Source: Candidatus Parcubacteria bacterium (GTDB lineage Bacteria > Patescibacteriota > Patescibacteriia > Buchananbacterales > SURF-54). From it: a DNA stretch of 64,000 bases. This document shows positions 24,967-31,925 of this stretch, one piece after another (within the stretch, counting starts at the first letter, position 1; each line of letters begins with the position of its first letter). Made by a program: the position numbers and the translations under genes. The stretch lies in assembly GCA_003599635.1 (NCBI GenBank), contig QZIX01000002.1:18224-82223 (forward strand). Reading direction: 5' to 3'. The notes below the pieces were generated by a model. That model worked only from the letters and a program-made list of their open reading frames with translations, was not told the origin of the DNA and ran no database searches.

Positions 24967-25440
24967 TTATTTTTTTGTATTTTTTATAATAAAACTATTG
25001 TTATATTCTTGATGACTATTTACCCCCTTGCCGGTAACCATAAATAGAATCTGGCCATTGTCTGAGTAAGTGGGTAAGCTTGCCATTTTTTTCTTTTCAC
25101 CTGCATCTATAAAACTGCAATTGTGACTAGATGAACGAATTGGATCCTCTTCGTAATTATAGAATTCAGTTATGGGTCGTTGCTGCTTTTTTTTGTCTTG
25201 TAACCATTCGATCGTTATGTTTAAATCTTGAATCGGGTCATTTCCAAGATTGGCCAGTTCGGCAGATAACCCAAGTTTTTGACCTAGAGAAGATATATAT
25301 AATTTGGGTGAGAAAGATTTTTTTGGAGGATTGATGAAAAAGTAGCGTCTTATAAAGAATCCAAATATTGTAATCAAGATGCCTAAGAAAAAAATAATAA
25401 AGCTACTAATGACTGGATATTGTTCAATAAGTTGAACCAT
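24967..25440 (-). CDS. hypothetical single-pass membrane protein, upstream partner of the HEPN-like gene
   Basis: 157 aa with an N-terminal TM (VISSFIIFFLGILITIFGFFI) followed by a soluble domain. Only a 16-nt gap to the next gene. Confidence 0.5.
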   Translation of the reverse strand: MVQLIEQYPVISSFIIFFLGILITIFGFFIRRYFFINPPKKSFSPKLYISSLGQKLGLSAELANLGNDPIQDLNITIEWLQDKKKQQRPITEFYNYEEDPIRSSSHNCSFIDAGEKKKMASLPTYSDNGQILFMVTGKGVNSHQEYNNSFIIKNTKK

Positions 25441-25480
25441 ATTTTATTTAAAATTAAATGTTTCCTTTATTTAGTTTTTT

Positions 25481-25547
25481 GAGATTCCGAAACAAGCTTG
25501 CCCCGTATCTCCACCATATGCGGATGGTGCTGGGGTTCGGAATGACA
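25481..25547. repeat. right-hand hairpin module (GAGATTCCG...CGGAATGACA)
   Basis: Shares AGATTCC...GGGTTCGGAATGACA with 22205-22250. Confidence 0.6.
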
Positions 25548-25561
25548 ACGTTGTTTAGTTA

Positions 25562-25888
25562 TTATATATCAAATTCTTTTGCTATTAAATTCATCTTATC
25601 TGAAATTTCATCAAAAATTGGATCATCTTCGGCTACTGCCGCGCCTGGCTTTATTTTTAAAAAAATTCCTTTTAATTCATTGAGCCAGTTTTTTATTTGT
25701 TTATCTTTAACTAAAGCTAAAAAATTGTCTAATGCTTGTCCAGCTGACTTTAATCCAGCTTCACTCCAAATTCCTTGCAGCCGGGACATTGCAACCAAAC
25801 TCTCGCTCAAGTGGTGAAAAAATTCATTGCGAGCTTTTTCCAATGGCGGCATTTCGTATTGTTTTTGAGAATTTTCCTGATTTTTCAT
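25562..25888 (-). CDS. hypothetical protein
   Basis: 108 aa of balanced composition. The antisense track ORF 25458..25817 runs through a repeat and looks spurious. Confidence 0.45.
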   Translation of the reverse strand: MKNQENSQKQYEMPPLEKARNEFFHHLSESLVAMSRLQGIWSEAGLKSAGQALDNFLALVKDKQIKNWLNELKGIFLKIKPGAAVAEDDPIFDEISDKMNLIAKEFDI

Positions 25889-25915
25889 ATAACAATAAGT
25901 TGATTGAAGGGTTTT

Positions 25916-25970
25916 TGTTATCCTGAATTTATTTCAGGATCTAGATTCTTCGCTTTCGCTCAGAATGACA
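25916..25970. repeat. two-module TGTTAT...ATGACA element
   Basis: Sequence TGTTATCCTGAATTTATTTCAGGATCTAGATTCTTCGCTTTCGCTCAGAATGACA. The first 33 nt are near-identical to 22175-22207. Confidence 0.75.
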
Positions 25971-25978
25971 TGTTTATT

Positions 25979-26381
25979 TGTCATCTCGACCGGTGCCACG
26001 ATTTTTTAAGGTGAGTGGAGATATCTCATAACATCAAATCTTGCGATAAATCATTCAATTTGGGATTAACCTTCCTTATTAAATCCACCTTCTTTTTCCT
26101 TGACCATTTTTTGAGCTGTTTTTCTCTGGTAATGGCATCAGATACGTTATCATAAGGTTCGTAATAAACTAATTTGTTTATATTGTATTTTTTTGTAAAA
26201 CCTTCCACTACCTTATTTTTATGCTGGCTTATTCTTTCATCAAGTTTGCTTGTTACGCCAATATAGCTTGTGGTGTTCCACTTATTCATCATAATATAAA
26301 CGTAATAGGTTTTTCCCATAGAGTAAGGTATGAGATTTCTCGACTAGCTAAAAAACACTTTACGCATCGCTCGAAATGACA
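25979..26381 (-). mobile_element. terminal-inverted-repeat-bounded element carrying the GIY-YIG gene
   Basis: The left end TGTCATCTCGA (25979-25989) and right end TCGAAATGACA (26371-26381) are inverted repeats with 1 mismatch. The GIY-YIG ORF fills the interior, and its TGA stop lies inside the left module. The ends are homologous to the gene-less copy at 21288..21397. Confidence 0.6.
26026..26319 (-). CDS. GIY-YIG nuclease family protein (small stand-alone type)
   Basis: YYVYIMMNKWNTTSYIGVTSKLDERISQHKN is the GIY-(x)-YIG...R...H core; 97 aa. Confidence 0.85.
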   Translation of the reverse strand: MGKTYYVYIMMNKWNTTSYIGVTSKLDERISQHKNKVVEGFTKKYNINKLVYYEPYDNVSDAITREKQLKKWSRKKKVDLIRKVNPKLNDLSQDLML

Positions 26382-27899
26382 TTAATATTCCATCGCTTTT
26401 TTAAGCCTATTCAAAACCTTTTCCTTGCCCAAAACCGCGGCGACTTCAAACGGCCCGGGGGATTTTTGGCGGCCGGTTAAGGCAACGCGCATCGGCCACA
26501 GATTGGTGCCGGTATCCAATTGGTTGGCTTTTATAAATTCCATCACCTTTTTTTCTAACATATCGGCCGTAAAATCCTTTTCATCAATTTCTTTTAGCAG
26601 GTTGTAAATCAGATCCAAGGCTTGTTTGGTTTTTTCCATATCAGCCTTTTTCCAGACCAGCATTTCTTTTTCGTATTCCGGTTCTTGGAAGAAAAATTTT
26701 GTGGCTTCGGGCAGCTCTGTTAAAGTCTTGACCCTTTCTTTTTCTGTGGCAATAATCATTTTAAATTTATCAAAAGAAATTATTTCGCCTGACTTTTTCA
26801 CAACCAAGTCTTCTTCTATATTTTGACCCATATATCCTGTGAGCTCAGGCTTAACTTCCGCGCTTCTAAAAATCGGTTTTAAAATACCTTCTTTAATGTA
26901 AAAATAGACAGCAAAATTTGCCAACTCTTCTAAAGATTTTCTACGTATATACTGGCCGTTTATCCAGTCAAGTTTTTCCACGTTAAACACCGCGCCTGAC
27001 TTATTGATTTTTTCAAGCGAAAACTCCTTAACCATTTCATCAAGAGAAAATATTTCCCTTTCATCGCCGGGGTTCCATCCTAAAAACAAAACGAAATTAA
27101 GCAGGGCTTCGGGCAGATAGCCTTTTTCCAGATAATCTTTAACAGCAACGTCCCCCACTCTTTTGGATAGCTTTGACCGGTCGGGATTAAGCAGTAAAGG
27201 CACATGCGCGAATTGAGGCGCCTGCAAATTTAAAAATTTATATAAGATGATGTGCTTGGGAGTCGATGAAAGCCATTCCTCGCCGCGCATAACGTGGGTT
27301 ACGCCAATTTCCGCATCGTCAACGACAGACGCCAGATGGTAAGTCGGAAAGCCGTCGGATTTGATTAAAATCTGATCATCAAGCAGGTCTGTTGCAAATT
27401 TCACATGTCCCCGGATCAAGTCGTCAAATTCAATGGTTTCATTCTCCGGCATCTTCAATCGTATAACATACGGAACTTCGTTTTTTAATTGTTCGGCTAC
27501 TTGTTGCTCTGTTAAATCCCTGCATTTTTTATCGTACATTGTGGGTTTTTTTAAATTCCTTTGTTTTTGATGCAGCTCTTCTAATCGTTCTGGTGTGCAA
27601 AAACAATAATAAGCCAGGCCGGAGTCAATCAATTTTTGCGCGGCTTTTTTATAAACATTAAGCCGCTGCGACTGAAAGACAGGTTCATTATCAAATTTCA
27701 GTTTAAAAAAATTCAAAGTGTCGATTATGTCTTCAATTGCGCCTTCGACATATCTTTTTCTGTCGGTGTCTTCGATGCGCAGCAAAAATTTGCCCTTGTT
27801 TTTTTTGGCCAGCAAATAATTATATAAAGCCGTGCGCAAACCGCCGATGTGCAAAAAACCCGTGGGGCTGGGAGGAAAACGTGTAATTATTTTTGTCAT
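26382..27899 (-). CDS. gltX: glutamate--tRNA ligase
   Basis: Motifs RFPPSPTGFLHIGGLRTA (HIGH) and KLSKR (KMSKS). The track start at 27914 is an ATG donated by the TGTCAT repeat end. The start at 27899 (MTKIITRF) matches the usual GltX N-terminus. Confidence 0.95.
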   Translation of the reverse strand: MTKIITRFPPSPTGFLHIGGLRTALYNYLLAKKNKGKFLLRIEDTDRKRYVEGAIEDIIDTLNFFKLKFDNEPVFQSQRLNVYKKAAQKLIDSGLAYYCFCTPERLEELHQKQRNLKKPTMYDKKCRDLTEQQVAEQLKNEVPYVIRLKMPENETIEFDDLIRGHVKFATDLLDDQILIKSDGFPTYHLASVVDDAEIGVTHVMRGEEWLSSTPKHIILYKFLNLQAPQFAHVPLLLNPDRSKLSKRVGDVAVKDYLEKGYLPEALLNFVLFLGWNPGDEREIFSLDEMVKEFSLEKINKSGAVFNVEKLDWINGQYIRRKSLEELANFAVYFYIKEGILKPIFRSAEVKPELTGYMGQNIEEDLVVKKSGEIISFDKFKMIIATEKERVKTLTELPEATKFFFQEPEYEKEMLVWKKADMEKTKQALDLIYNLLKEIDEKDFTADMLEKKVMEFIKANQLDTGTNLWPMRVALTGRQKSPGPFEVAAVLGKEKVLNRLKKAMEY

Positions 27900-27908
27900 A
27901 AGTGTTTC

Positions 27909-27964
27909 TGTCATCCTGAACTTGATTCAGGATCTAGAGATTCCGGATCAAGTCCGGAATGACA
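27909..27964. repeat. two-module TGTCAT...ATGACA element
   Basis: Sequence TGTCATCCTGAACTTGATTCAGGATCTAGAGATTCCGGATCAAGTCCGGAATGACA. It supplies the false gltX ATG. Confidence 0.75.
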
Positions 27965-27972
27965 ATGATTTA

Positions 27973-28533
27973 TTAATTATTTAGGTTTTCGTCTGGAGCA
28001 TTTATCTGCTGCAAAACTGAAGCAAGTTTCTCTAAATTATCGGAAGTCCTAGACTTTAGCATTTGCCATCCTATTTGTTCCTGATAAATATCATTATGTG
28101 CAATAGCTATAAGTAAGCTTTGAATTTCCGCCTCTATCTGTTCTCGCAGAGGCTTTATATTTATATGCTGTGGCAATTTTTGTATTTTATCTAAAATTTC
28201 TTGATGTTTTTGCTCAATTAACTTTATTTTTTCTTCTTCTGTAAAATATACTTCCGGGATGAAAACCTCCTTACCCTGTTTTTTTAACTCAACATCATGA
28301 TTTATTCTTTCTATATTGTCTTTAATCACGCTTATTGTCTTATTATATAGGTCGAAATTTTCGGTGTTCATTCCACTCTTGGCGTCATTTACTAAATCAT
28401 TAATTTTTTTAATTCTTTCATTAGTGGCTTCTTGATTTGCGTTTATACTTATTAATAAATTTTTAAATTGCGCGCATAATTCAAAAAGTTTTTGTTCTTT
28501 ATCTTCATCTGGTGTATTTAAATGCTCTGGCAT
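27973..28533 (-). CDS. hypothetical coiled-coil protein
   Basis: 186-aa helical, charged ORF between tagA-like and gltX. No motif recognised. Confidence 0.45.
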   Translation of the reverse strand: MPEHLNTPDEDKEQKLFELCAQFKNLLISINANQEATNERIKKINDLVNDAKSGMNTENFDLYNKTISVIKDNIERINHDVELKKQGKEVFIPEVYFTEEEKIKLIEQKHQEILDKIQKLPQHINIKPLREQIEAEIQSLLIAIAHNDIYQEQIGWQMLKSRTSDNLEKLASVLQQINAPDENLNN

Positions 28534-28544
28534 ATTTTTTTAAT

Positions 28545-29276
28545 TTAATTCTGATTATCCTTTGGCACGCTCAGGACAAGGTTTAGAATGACATAAAACG
28601 GAAACCTGATTATGGCATTATAAATTCTTTTTATTCTTTTCGGTTCCTTGACTAACCTGTACAGCCATTCCAAACCGATAATTCTAAAAACATAAGGTGA
28701 GCGTTTGATTTCACCGGAAATGTAATCAAAGGCGCCGCCGACACCCATTGCTAATTTAGCAGACGGAATCCGCTTGAGGTTTTCGTAAATCCATTTTTCC
28801 TGCTTTACCTGGCCGAAAGCGACAAATAAAATGTCGGGATTTGCATTTTTTATTTTTTCCACGTCAGTATTTTGTGCTTCCATCCCATCCTGCCAGCCTG
28901 AAATTTTTAAATCACTAAATTTTTCCTTAAGTTTATAAGCAGTCCTTTTGGCAATATCTTGTTTTCCGCCCACTAAATATACTGAATACATATTTTGTTC
29001 AGCCAGTTTGCAGATGTCAAACATAAGATCAGCCCCCGTAATCCTGTGTTTGATTTTAAAAAATGAACCGAACTTCAGACCGACGCCGTCGGCAATGGAT
29101 AAATCGGCATCATTTAAAATTTTTTTAAACTCGTTATCTTTTTGCGCGGCAACTAAAAATTCAGGGTTCGGGGTTACAATGTAATGCTGATTTTGGGATT
29201 GTAAAAATTCCCGGATTTTATTTAAACATTCACTTTTAGAAATGTTATCGATTTTTACACCTAAGATAGTTACCAT
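28545..29276 (-). CDS. WecB/TagA/CpsF-family glycosyltransferase
   Basis: ILGVKIDNIS...YIVTPNPEFLV...DLSIADGVGL is typical of the family. The track start at 29291 is again a repeat-derived ATG; 29276 is the more likely start. Confidence 0.85.
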   Translation of the reverse strand: MVTILGVKIDNISKSECLNKIREFLQSQNQHYIVTPNPEFLVAAQKDNEFKKILNDADLSIADGVGLKFGSFFKIKHRITGADLMFDICKLAEQNMYSVYLVGGKQDIAKRTAYKLKEKFSDLKISGWQDGMEAQNTDVEKIKNANPDILFVAFGQVKQEKWIYENLKRIPSAKLAMGVGGAFDYISGEIKRSPYVFRIIGLEWLYRLVKEPKRIKRIYNAIIRFPFYVILNLVLSVPKDNQN

Positions 29277-29286
29277 TAATATTGGC

Positions 29287-29353
29287 GTCATTCTGAACGA
29301 AACGGAGTGAAGTGAAGAATTTTTCTGAAGATCCCGCTTTGCTCAGGATGACA
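29287..29353. repeat. two-module (C)GTCAT...ATGACA element
   Basis: Sequence GTCATTCTGAACGAAACGGAGTGAAGTGAAGAAT...GATCCCGCTTTGCTCAGGATGACA. It supplies the false tagA-like ATG. Confidence 0.7.
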
Positions 29354-29359
29354 ATGTTA

Positions 29360-29920
29360 TTATTTCAATTTGAAACTTTCAATTACGGAATATTCAGGCC
29401 CCGGCGGGGTCAGTTTGCTTTGCATCAGATCAATTGAACGGACTTCAAAAGTCAACTGTGGAATTATTATTTTATCATCAATATAAAATTTTTCGCTGTT
29501 TTTGATTCTGCAAATTGTCAGGTGGCTTTTCCAGGACCGGTTATCAATTGCAAATCCCGAATCTGACAATTTTTTGCCTATCTCTTTTTGCAATTTTAAG
29601 GCATTTCCTCCATCCCGGCATTCCAAATAAATTATCCGAGGAAATTCAATGGAGGGAAAACCGCCGATGTCTCCCAGACTCATCTGAAAAGAATTTTTGT
29701 TCCTTATGCTTTCCGAAATTATCGATTTAATCTGTTCTATTTCTTCATAATCCAAATTACCGAGAAAATGTAAAGTGAGATGCAATATTTCAGGTTTGAC
29801 GTAAATAAGGCTGCGTTTTGAATTTAAATGCTTCAGTTGCGAGATGTAAGTTGCGAGTTCCTGCTTAACATCACTGGGCAAATTTATGGCTATAAATACC
29901 CTATTTTTATCACCTGACAT
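29360..29920 (-). CDS. thpR: RNA 2',3'-cyclic phosphodiesterase (2H family, ThpR/LigT)
   Basis: Two HxT/Sx motifs (HLTLHFLG and HLTICRIK); 186 aa. Confidence 0.8.
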   Translation of the reverse strand: MSGDKNRVFIAINLPSDVKQELATYISQLKHLNSKRSLIYVKPEILHLTLHFLGNLDYEEIEQIKSIISESIRNKNSFQMSLGDIGGFPSIEFPRIIYLECRDGGNALKLQKEIGKKLSDSGFAIDNRSWKSHLTICRIKNSEKFYIDDKIIIPQLTFEVRSIDLMQSKLTPPGPEYSVIESFKLK

Positions 29921-30000
29921 AAGTTGATTTTAACAAAAAAATATGCTAAAATCAAGCTATTGGCACATTAACCATAATCAAAATAAGGAGGAATAGTACG

Positions 30001-30207
30001 ATGGGGCATCGATCAGGATTTGGTGATGATTTTTACATGAGAAAACTTTTACAAAGAGGATTTCCCGGCGAATTCCCCATTGATCCTTCAACTGACACGG
30101 CTGCTGATCAGGAGAAGGCACTGGATGATTTTTCTGAAGCTGTAATGGAACACGTTAAAAAAGAAATTGGCGGTGAACCCATAGACTTAAACGAGTGTGT
30201 CGGCTGA
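30001..30207 (+). CDS. hypothetical small acidic protein
   Basis: 68 aa with a strong SD (AAGGAGG, 9 nt upstream) and its own terminator. Confidence 0.45.
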   Translation: MGHRSGFGDDFYMRKLLQRGFPGEFPIDPSTDTAADQEKALDDFSEAVMEHVKKEIGGEPIDLNECVG

Positions 30208-30232
30208 CCAATCTTGGTGAGCCGCTTTTTTT
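30201..30232 (+). terminator. intrinsic terminator after ORF 30001..30207
   Basis: CGGCTGACC-aatctt-GGTGAGCCG followed by T7. Confidence 0.7.
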
Positions 30233-30292
30233 ATGGTAAAATAAAACAAGCCGATCTTTAAAAAAACATAGGGTAAAACCAGGAGGGAAAAT

Positions 30293-30820
30293 ATGTTGTC
30301 AAAAATATTGCTAATGGTCGCTTCTTTTTATTTAAAGATCAAGTTCGGAGATAAGCTGTCTGCGCAAGACCAGGTCTTCAGTTGCCCGCAAGAAGCCAAA
30401 CTTACCTACTGGATGGCAGAAAGGCTGAGTTTAGTCAGATTAAATCTTGAGCATGGATTTGTCCATTCCAGTACTTCTAAAGGTATATCGCTTATTGATA
30501 TCGAAGAATCAGAATTTAAGGAATTTTTTCACCGACATCTGCTAATACCCGTAGTTTGCGAGTATGGCGATCAGCTGCAATCAGAAGCTTTTTTAATCCA
30601 TTTTGTTGATTGCATATTTGAGCAATACAACGAACGCCACCGTTTATTGAAAGATTTAGCTAAAAAAGCGGAGAGGATTTCTCTGCCCATCAGTTCGATT
30701 CAAAAAATTAAGATTTATTTTATGGTTATGGCATCGTATGCCGTTATTTCAGCGGTTAGGAACGGTATCCTTGTGCCTGATAGCAATCTTAGGGTTCTTG
30801 ACTGCCCTATAACGCTATAA
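30293..30820 (+). CDS. hypothetical protein
   Basis: 175 aa with a strong SD (AGGAGGG) and its own GGTTAACC hairpin terminator. Confidence 0.5.
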   Translation: MLSKILLMVASFYLKIKFGDKLSAQDQVFSCPQEAKLTYWMAERLSLVRLNLEHGFVHSSTSKGISLIDIEESEFKEFFHRHLLIPVVCEYGDQLQSEAFLIHFVDCIFEQYNERHRLLKDLAKKAERISLPISSIQKIKIYFMVMASYAVISAVRNGILVPDSNLRVLDCPITL

Positions 30821-30844
30821 CCATAAAAAAACCTAATTATCAGC

Positions 30845-30876
30845 GGTTAACCAAACATGGTTAACCATTTTTTTTT
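30845..30876 (+). terminator. intrinsic terminator after ORF 30293..30820
   Basis: GGTTAACC-aaacat-GGTTAACC followed by T9. Confidence 0.75.
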
Positions 30877-30892
30877 ATGCTAAAATCAGGAT

Positions 30893-31915
30893 ATGAAAGA
30901 AGCATTATTTTACCAAAAACTAAATGACCAGAAAGTAAAATGCCAAGCCTGTAGTCATTACTGCATAATCAGTAACGGAAAGCGCGGCATCTGCGGGGTT
31001 AAAGAAAATCAAGACGGCGTTTTGTATGCCTTAAATTACGGTAAAATCATCGCCCGAAATATAGACCCGATAGAAAAAAAACCGTTGTACCATTTTCTTC
31101 CAGGCAGTCAATCTTATTCAATAGCAACCGTCGGCTGCAATTTCCGCTGCCTTAATTGCCAGAACGCCGATATTTCCCAGGCCTCAAAAGAGGGTTATTT
31201 TTTTAACAAGAAGGAAATCCCCGGGGAAGGTATGTCTCCCGAAGGAATTGTCGCCGATGCTTTAAAAACAAATTGCCAGAGCATTGCCTACACTTATACC
31301 GAACCGACAATTTTTTATGAATTTGCCAAAGACTGTATGGCGCTTGCCAGAACCAAGGGTTTAAAAAATGTCTGGGTGTCAAACGGTTATTTTTCAAAAG
31401 AAGTGATTAACGATGCCAAAAGTTTAATTGATGCCGCTAATATCGATTTAAAATTTTTTAGCAATAAAAATTATTTAAAAGTTTGCGGTACCAAACTCCA
31501 GCCGGTGCTTGATAATTTAATTAGATTAAAAGAATCGGATATTTGGCTGGAAATTACGACTTTGCTTATTCCCGGTTTTAATGATTCTGAAAATGAATTA
31601 AAGCATATCGCCGGATTTATAGCTGAAGAAATTGGGCTCGATGTTCCCTGGCATGTATCCGCCTTTTATCCGGCTTTTAAAATGGCTGACGTGCCGCCGA
31701 CGGCAACAGCATCAATTCTTAAAGCGGTTAATATCGGCAAAGAAAGTGGGCTTAATTACGTTTATGGAGGAAATATTGTTGATGAAAAGTCAAGCACGAC
31801 TTTTTGCCCCCATTGCAAAACCCCGGTTATAAAAAGAATCGGTTATAATATAAAAAGAATGGATTTTGGTGGATATTGTCCGAATTGCCATTATAAAGTC
31901 AGCGGAACATTTTAG
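30893..31915 (+). CDS. amrS: AmmeMemoRadiSam-system radical SAM enzyme
   Basis: N-terminal Cys cluster (CQACSHYC...GICG), DPIEKKPLYHF, and the CNFRCLNCQN CxxxCxxC radical SAM motif. Confidence 0.85.
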   Translation: MKEALFYQKLNDQKVKCQACSHYCIISNGKRGICGVKENQDGVLYALNYGKIIARNIDPIEKKPLYHFLPGSQSYSIATVGCNFRCLNCQNADISQASKEGYFFNKKEIPGEGMSPEGIVADALKTNCQSIAYTYTEPTIFYEFAKDCMALARTKGLKNVWVSNGYFSKEVINDAKSLIDAANIDLKFFSNKNYLKVCGTKLQPVLDNLIRLKESDIWLEITTLLIPGFNDSENELKHIAGFIAEEIGLDVPWHVSAFYPAFKMADVPPTATASILKAVNIGKESGLNYVYGGNIVDEKSSTTFCPHCKTPVIKRIGYNIKRMDFGGYCPNCHYKVSGTF

Positions 31916-31925
31916 TGTTTTAATT

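Noticed and set aside
25458-25817. 119-aa plus-strand ORF
   Set aside because: It starts inside hairpin module 25481-25547 and is antisense to the better-composed 108-aa ORF 25562..25888.
31866-31925. Track start of the secreted protein at 31866, overlapping amrS by 50 nt
   Set aside because: A canonical signal peptide begins at the in-frame ATG at 31926. The upstream extension (MVDIVRIAIIKSAEHFSVLI) is the out-of-frame reading of the amrS 3' end.
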